Origin: Catajapyx aquilonaris | Lineage: Eukaryota | Length of the DNA stretch: 20,000 nt | Direction: 5' to 3' | Assembly: GCA_000934665.2 (NCBI GenBank) | Contig: JYFJ02000087.1 | Location: 170,828 to 190,827 of the forward strand | Shown here: in pieces, positions 1 to 6,778 of the stretch | Layout: each line of letters opens with the position of its first letter | Numbering within the stretch: the stretch's first letter is position 1 | Notes under the pieces: model-generated | The model's database searches: none | What the model was told of the DNA's origin: nothing | The model's input: the letters and a program-made list of their open reading frames with translations, nothing else | Translations under genes and position numbers: made by a program

Positions 1-922
1 ACCGAGTGTTTATATGTGTTTTTGTACAGCAATAGAAGCGTAAAGCACCGGAAGTGACTAGTTAAGGTCTCCCTTCAGCTGTCTATCTCGAATCAATTTG
101 CATTCATTATTCCAATCAACACGATGACGCCAGCATTGCATAATATTTTCATACATCACCCATTCAATGTTGTAGCGTCGTGTTACAAACAATGTCACAT
201 TTCGGCTTTTCACGGCTGTTTGGCTACCACAAAGAGGAAAAACACGAACAACTATGTGGATACAATGCGTTACATGCGATGTGAATTTGCGACGCTTTAA
301 ATAACAATAACCCTGAAAATGTTATTTACATGACCTCAGTGCATGATTGATCACTTCTCCATTGCCTCCACGTTATTTAGTACGTGCATTGCGTTTGTAC
401 TGTAAGCTCCAATAATAATAAAGCAATAAGAACAGACGTTGTGGTTCATTGTGTTTTAAGTCACTCTCCGGAAATCATGGAATAATATAAATTGCCCTTA
501 CCATTAGGCTATTCTAATATTACACACCAGAGTGACCATATTCATAATTAAGCTGTACAGTAAAATTAATTCAAAGCTTGGGTCGAATAAAACTTCGGAC
601 CAATAAAAAATGGTTTTTCTAAATACTGTACAAGTTCGAATACTTCCAGCACAATTAGTTGTCAAGGAATCATATCCTGCAGACCTGCACCATGCCTTCC
701 AAAGGCTGCAGAATTGGTTTCGATGAATGACGCTGTAGGAATATCCCAGGTAACTGGACCTGCACTGCCGGAATGGCACAGACACAATAGAATAGCGTAT
801 TTATATCACTGTAAGAACAGCTGGTTGCATGCTTCCCTCTCAGGTGTTTCCTTCCATACAAAATTAAAGCACTGTGTGTATGCACAAGATTCCGTCCTGG
901 CAGATGAGCCAGCAGATCAGCC

Positions 923-2759
923 ATGAAGATACCTTGCGCCTGTGTCTCTACTTCCTATCTGATCCTAACCTTGCTGCTTGCCACCATCCTTCGACGAGTG
1001 ACGGCTAAGATATTCGGAAGTTCCTTCTGGAAAGCAATGGCCGACGAGGCCATCTCCGCTGCAGAGCTGTGCGGATGCTGCTACGAACTAATCATCAGTA
1101 AGAAAACCCATTTTAGTTGTTTCCCCACCAAGAACCATCCTGCTCCAAACTATTCCGCCACAAGACATCACAATGCTTAAAGATATTGTCGGCATGCAAA
1201 TATTTGTGTCTTGAATCCTGCTCATTCCAACCGGGTGCCAAAAGAAGAATTAATCCGAGCTTGTTTCTAGTTGCTGACAATTACGGAGTGCTGATGTACG
1301 CAGCGTTCCTATTCTTGTTGACAATATGGTGGAGCATGAATTGGGGTGATGCCACGGCCTGTCCTTACAATCACCTGGAGGACTACCTTGAAGGCAAGAC
1401 TGACATTAAGTCTGTGATACTCAAAATCGCAGCAGAAATAGCCGGGGGACTTCTGGTCTTCAGGTGATTGCCAACATTTACTGTCCCACTAGTAGGCTAG
1501 GTGGTTAACACGTGTCCTTTTTAGGTACGTCCAATTTTTGTGGAAGCTGGAATATGCAGAGACACACAAAGGTCGAGCGTTTGAAGACTGCACAGCAGAT
1601 TTGCAGGTAAGCGATGTTAATTTTAGCTTGAAAGAGATACTTATGGTAGCAGCTGGTTCTTGGCCAAGGAGTCGAGCCTCAAGGTTTCCCTCTTTGGGAC
1701 CTTCAAAGCTCAGCAATTTGTCCTTTTAGTCGCTTATATATAGCGAGAATCTCAAATATTCTAAGTAAATTGCAACAATTTATTCCACTTTGCCTTTAAA
1801 AATTGTGCTGAGAGGAAGGATGCGAGTTATTATGTCTATAGCATGTCCCGCTGCTTATTATTAATGCGAAATACTGGTACAGTACACAGCAGGTAATGTT
1901 ACAATCTGGTTTTCTCTTACGATCCCAAGTGCTCCTTGGGTGCAACAATGGGGGGTGGGAATGTTTAGTGGCTCAGTGGCACGTATTTAGTGTCGTAATA
2001 ATGCTACTTCAGAAGCAAGTGGGTGGTGATGGATGTTCACAAACAAATGCAGCCAAGTTGTCTTTGGCCATATTTCACTATGATGGAATGAGATGTCAGT
2101 GCACCCAGACGTGCGACAACCTTCTCACAACACTGCAGACCCGACCATTTAGCAAGACATAACCAGAATAGTTGTCGGCTAACCTTGCCAATGTCATCAA
2201 ATCCACAAATAATAACAATTACTGTAATTGACAGGTAGCAGCCCTCTATGGAGCTCTGGTAGAATGCATAGCCACTTGTCTATGTCGCCTTGCGTCGAGG
2301 GCAATCGAAGAAGAGGAGCCTCAGAGTGCAGCAGCCATAGATTCATTCATATCTACGGCTCTGGTGGTGGCAGGTATGAGGACATACACTTCTGTTGGTC
2401 TCGTTCTCTTGATACATTGTCTCGTAAAAGTTTACATGCTGCATTCATGTTAAGGAACGTGTAGCCAGTGTAATTACGGAGAAAGAGAAATGGTGGCGCC
2501 AACATTTTGACGAGGTTTCTAACCCGTTATATTCTATTTCCATTCAGCTTTCAACTACTCAGGAGGATACTTCAACCCAGTTCTGGCCACCTCCCTCAAG
2601 TTCGGGTGCAAGGGGAACACAACAGTGGAGCACCTCGGTGTCTACTGGCTGGGTTCAATACTAGGATCGCTAGTCTCGGTCTACCTGTACAGGGTGCCTA
2701 TTATTCGAAACGCACTTCGGAGGCCTTTCGTTCCTTTCAGTAGGCTCAAGACAGCGTAA
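923..2759 (+). CDS. Aqp12L: Unorthodox aquaporin (superaquaporin, AQP11/AQP12-like), 5 coding exons, 266 aa
   Basis: Exons 923-1097, 1271-1463, 1525-1606, 2235-2373, 2548-2759 are all GT-AG, join in frame (801 nt) and end at TAA. The protein has AAELCGCCYELIIIADNYG, WWSMNWGDATACPY (loop B CPY at 1360-1368), HKGRAFEDCTADLQ, and SGGYFNPVLATSLKFGC (loop E NPV at 2574-2582, with the superaquaporin Cys 9 residues after the box), followed by HLGVYWLG. These match arthropod Aqp12-like channels. Confidence 0.95.
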
Positions 2760-3063
2760 AAAGACCGCATCGCCTTTGAAACGCCTAAGTGCTAAATACT
2801 CAATGATGTACCTGTTATGCGTACAATTACACGTTAATTGTCACATGTTGCTTGTTGGTAAAATATATTATTCTCTAAAATACAGCTTGTGTTTATTCTG
2901 ACTTCCTAATCTGTCACATGTTACCACAATATTGATCATGAAGCACAACATTCATTGTTACAATCACCTAGGCCATAAGCAGTTGTTTACACGACGTGTT
3001 ACACGACGTGTGAGTCCTAAATCACCCTCAAAAAAAAATCGGCGCTCCTCACCCGGGTCAGCC

Positions 3064-4389
3064 ATGAACTCGCTCGTGGTGTCTTTCGGGTTCTTGTCCC
3101 TGACGGTCCTGATCTCCAAGATGTTGGTCACCATAATTAGAAGGAACATCACTGACACAACTGTGAACAGACTCGCCTGCGAAGTCATCCAGACTGCGGA
3201 AGTCTGCGCCTGTCTCGCCGAAGTCGCAACAAGTACGCGCAATAAAAAGATGAGGGTCATTGACACAATCACGAAGCCAACTGGAGTTCAATCAACCTCT
3301 GGTCTCTTTCAGTAAGCACAGTCAGTGTCCCTTCGTCCCTGATAGCCCTGTTCTTGGTGGACTTCTGGTGGCAAATGCACCCACAGAGGGAGTCCTCACC
3401 TGCTGTCCAGATTGACGCTTTCCTACAAGGCCGACAGAACCTGACGGACATGGCGTTGGTCATATTCTCCGAACTCATTGGAGCCTTCGCAGCTCTAGCG
3501 TGAGTACTAATTGTCTCAAAATATCCAGATGTGCTTGTAACAATTGCAAAATCCGTTACAGATACATCCACTACTACTGGAATTTGCAACTGGCGTCTTC
3601 CCACGCAGGATTGAAATCCTCTTGCGTTCATGACGGTATGAAGGTAAGGAATCATGTAATTGTGTCTGTAGTTATGCCATGCTGAGATTAGGTTTTACAA
3701 ACTGTGCAGGTACCAGTGTTGTACGGATTTCTGGTAGAGTTTTTCGGCACATTCTTTCTAGAGATGTGCTCTGGCGCAAATGAGGGGACTCGTCACAAGA
3801 GCGCCGAAGCACTCAGGTCGTTGTGTGTGACAGCTGCATTCTTCGCAGGTAAAATGTCTCTACGGGCTATCAATGACATCAATTCAACTGGACCCGATCT
3901 ACTATTTGGTGTGTGCATATCAACCAAGCAGTGGACCAGGTCTAGACCAGGATTGCCAGATAGCCTTAGTTGATTTGGCTCCACAAATCTTTGTAATCTA
4001 GACCGGGTCCAGTTTCATGTGCATATGAACCAAACAGTGGACCAGGTCTAGACCGGATTGCCTCAGTTGCTTTGGCTCCGCCAATCAGTCAATCTAGACC
4101 GGGTCCAGTCTTCCTTCTGGTGGTGTGATGGCCCTAGAAGGCATCATGTAACCAGTAGTCTAATGGTTTCTTTTAATCGTCAGGCATGAACCTGAGCGGT
4201 GGCTTCTACCATCCGATAGTGGCCTTCTCCCAGTGCTTCGGCTGCAAGAGCCACACCTCTGAAGAGCACTTCATGGTCTACTGGGCAGGGCCAATTCTGG
4301 GCTGCATGCTGGCCACTGAAGCTCGCAAGTACCAGACAGTCAAAGATATCTTCGAGTGGCCTTTCGCCTTACATGTCAAAGTTGAATAA
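3064..4389 (+). CDS. Divergent tandem paralog of the AQP12-like aquaporin, 5 coding exons, 260 aa
   Basis: Exons 3064-3232, 3313-3499, 3562-3643, 3710-3848, 4184-4389 are all GT-AG and join in frame (783 nt) with no stops. Intron phases match the upstream gene (1,2,0,1) and exons 3 and 4 have identical lengths (82 and 139 nt). It retains TAEVCAC, FWW, SELIGA, LYGFLVE, SGGFYHPIVAFSQCFGC and EHFMVYWAGPILG. Confidence 0.9.
3864..4134. repeat. Intronic repeat/MITE-like element with an internal ~100-bp tandem duplication and inverted motifs
   Basis: Two diverged direct units (~3912-4013 and ~4018-4109) both start TGTGCATAT..AACCAA.CAGTGGACCAGGTCTAGACC and end TCTAGACCGGGTCCAGT. That end is inverted relative to ACTGGACCCGATCTA at 3887-3901. 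Weak outer termini GGGCTATCA (3864) / TGATGGCCC (4134) suggest a Harbinger-like MITE, but the boundaries are uncertain. Confidence 0.6.
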
Positions 4390-4884
4390 GTTGGAGTAGA
4401 CCGACTTGGTTTCAGAGGAGTGCGAGTGATTGAAAGATAGTGACGAGTGATTCAAGATTGAGCGGAGGGATTCATGGCTGAACACCGGTATCAAAATTGT
4501 AAATGTGAAGCAATATATTACTTCAAACTCTTGTTCTTTCATAGATGTCAGTTTCCAAAAACAAAGCTGTGGATATGTGGGTTTCTTACCACAACAGCTT
4601 TGGGTTCGTTTTACGAAGTCCTTGCTTTCTTTAGTTTAAATGTAAAAATCCGGAGTCCATTTTTTTGGTTCGTGTTCAAAGACAGCCATGAGGTCAGAGC
4701 TACCGCCATACAATATTGAAAGAAATTAAATTATCGCAGGCTACTAGCGTGGCCTATACCTGTTGACATTTCAAACTTGCTAACACTCTGACCGCTTTAT
4801 CTCAGCTCTTTCCCTAGTTTGCAATCAGTTGTTTCGAAAGGGCCTTACCATATTGATTTACTTTCCTTTTTTTTGCCACAAATA

Positions 4885-5163
4885 CAGTGAGTGCCCTTAC
4901 AGGTCAGCAGATAGGCACACATTATGAATAGAATCCTCCTGGAGCCGAATGCACTGGTTCATGGATGTGGCAACCTCTCCAGACCTTCCAGGCGGTGCAC
5001 CCACTCCTGGAGAACTGTGCGCAGTTGTGTGGGAGTGTCCCCCCTCCAAAATCGGTTCCTGCGCTGGAGGCCCTAGAAAGGTTTGCCACAATCATGTCAC
5101 GAGTGCATACGGAGGATTATATATCGATAAAGTGTGCCTATTCTGCTGACCCGTAAGACACTG
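4885..5163. mobile_element. Palindromic Tc1/mariner-type MITE (CAGTG...CACTG, TA target duplication)
   Basis: Flanked by TA at 4883-4884 and 5164-5165. The left arm CTTACAGGTCAGCAGATAGGCACAC...AATCCTCC...TGCACT..CATG..TGTGGCAACCT matches the reverse complement of the right arm over roughly 110 bp with indels. Confidence 0.8.
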
Positions 5164-5492
5164 TATTTGTAGCAAAATAATTGTTAATTAATATGGTGCG
5201 GCCATTATTATATCCGATGTGCTTACAGTATAGGAGGATTCCACTGTACTTTGTCAGTTACATTTACCTAAGCTTATGTGACCTTGAACAAATAATAATA
5301 ATTTCGTCTGCTGTAGGCTTATTGGCACTTTGCTCATTTGCCTTATTACAAGTTGAACATGATTTTATCCGGTTATAAAAATTCATTAGAATAAGCTCTG
5401 GTAGCCTACAGTACTTCTGTACATTCGTAAACTACTTACTGGACTACTTCCTAGTAGTGAAGTAGTCGTAGTGCTTTCGTAGTGCCTAGATT

Positions 5493-5572
5493 GGGGGGGG
5501 GGGGGGGGGGGNGGGGGCTATCTCAAATTGCTTTCCAGAGGGCCCCGATGTGGCAAATGTTGAGAACCACTG
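5493..5572. mobile_element. Poly-G tract (contains an N) followed by a solitary hAT/Charlie-like terminal sequence
   Basis: GTTGAGAACCACTG at 5559-5572 is the reverse complement of CAGTGGTTCTCAAC, a typical hAT-Charlie MITE terminus. The partner end was not found. Confidence 0.4.
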
Positions 5573-5615
5573 CATTTTAAGGGTTGAAGTAAAGAATGTT
5601 ATTTTCTCAGAAATG

Positions 5616-5970
5616 TTTATTATTTTATTTTTTTAAATTTACGTTACCCCACTGGAGAGTGGTGCTCTTTTAGGGGGTGGTAACCCACTGTAAATTCCAT
5701 TTTTCATATTTTCTTCAACTCTGGTGCAAGGACAAAAGGACATGGGGGTACAGATGGGAATTTTTTGGGGAAGGGGCACAGGTGCAGGTGCAATGTTGGA
5801 AAATGGGTCATGTGCAGTCCCCCAGGAGGCTAGGTTGCCAGACACCTCCAAGGTGCAGGTACGAAACCCTCCTGACGCAGGTGAAAGGAAAGTTCCCCAG
5901 GCGGGGATCGAACCCGGACCTTTTCACTCAGCAAGCCAAGTCGTTACCAACTCGGCCACCACACCTCCCC
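5616..5970 (-). mobile_element. tRNA-derived SINE
   Basis: The minus-strand head GGTGTGGTGGCCGAGTTGGTAACG...GGTCCGGGTTCGATCCCCG has a Pol III A box (5947-5958) and B box (5904-5914), but the acceptor and anticodon stems do not pair. It is followed by a ~260-bp body and an A-rich tail (TTTATTATTTTATTTTTT on + from ~5616). Confidence 0.75.
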
Positions 5971-5995
5971 TTATAAATGTATATTTTAAGGTGGT

Positions 5996-6266
5996 TTGGT
6001 TGGTTTGGTTTATTTGGAAGAAGCCAAAGCAACTGTGGCTATCTGGCTGTAAGAAGAAGCAAAGGTGGGACAGACGGAGGGAGAAACGAAGAGGAAAAAG
6101 AAGAGAGGAAAGACTGGCATCTCTCTTAGTCTGTCTCCTATCCCAAAGACCTGTCCGGCTTGGGTGGCCCTACCAGTAGACGAAGCTACCGCCGGCATAG
6201 CTCTTGGGGTCATGGGAGAAACGCAAACCCCACCACCACGATAAGGTGGAGATACCATCGGGGGGA
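5996..6266 (-). mobile_element. Short non-autonomous retroposon with RTE-5'UTR-like structured head, pyrimidine tract, 3' stem-loop and ACCA(A)-repeat tail
   Basis: Perfect 11-bp target-site duplication TTTAAGGTGGT at 5985-5995 and 6267-6277. The minus-strand head CCACCTTATCGTGGTGGTGGGGTTTGCG...GAGCTATGCCGGCGG...TGGTAGGGCCACCCAAGCCGGACAGGTC...CAGACTAAGAG resembles the 5' end of RTE/Rex3-Expander LINEs (from recall). The 3' end is AGCCAGATAGCCACAGTTGCTTTGGCT then AAATAAACCAAACCAACCAA. Confidence 0.8.
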
Positions 6267-6297
6267 TTTAAGGTGGTAATGCATTTTCAATCACATA

Positions 6298-6669
6298 GGG
6301 GTCGTCCATATACCATGTGACCGATTTTTGGCCACTTTTTGACCCCCCCCCCCTCCCTCAGTGACCGACCGTGGTATCCATTGGAACCCCCCCTCCCCCC
6401 CTTTTTCAAGTGGTTTTTTAAAAATGTAAATGTTATCAGAAAAAACGCGTTCCAAAATGATAGCTCCTCAACTAAACTGTTTAAGCACGTAAAAAACATG
6501 TCTCCCCATGTATTCTGGGTCGCTGATTTCGAATTTTAGGTTATTTTGAACCCATGTGCATCTGCAAAAGCTCCCATATGTGCCAATTCACTGTGATCAG
6601 ANGTGGTATATCAGCAGGACCCCCCTCCCCCCTCCCCCCAAAACGGTCACGTGGTATATGGACGACCCC
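6298..6669. mobile_element. PIF/Harbinger (Tourist)-like MITE
   Basis: 26-bp TIRs GGGGTCGTCCATATACCATGTGACCG / CGGTCACGTGGTATATGGACGACCCC (1 mismatch), 3-bp duplication ATA on both sides, non-coding interior with one N at 6602. Confidence 0.85.
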
Positions 6670-6778
6670 ATATATGGCAGTTCATAAAAATCAACCTATG
6701 TAGTAGTCATGAAACAATCATCTTTATCATTAGAAATGTTACAAAAATCTTAACACCCATTCATCCATACACAAAAGT

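Noticed and set aside
47..56. ETS-type motif ACCGGAAGTG
   Set aside because: A single short motif with no TSS evidence.
904..1008. Out-of-frame upstream ATG ORF overlapping the aquaporin start
   Set aside because: Could be a uORF, but the 5' UTR exon structure cannot be determined from sequence alone.
3887..4109. CRISPR-like repeat-spacer array
   Set aside because: Eukaryotic intron, and the sequences between repeats are themselves duplicated rather than unique spacers.
5493..5517. Long G run as a G-quadruplex
   Set aside because: Contains an N, so the homopolymer length is unreliable and may be an assembly artefact.
5892..5966. tRNA gene (Ala-TGC-like) on the minus strand
   Set aside because: A/B boxes are present but the acceptor and anticodon stems do not pair, and it continues into a SINE body and A-rich tail.
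5724..6179. 151-aa ORF with a basic tail
   Set aside because: Runs antisense across two retroposons and their low-complexity tracts; chance ORF.
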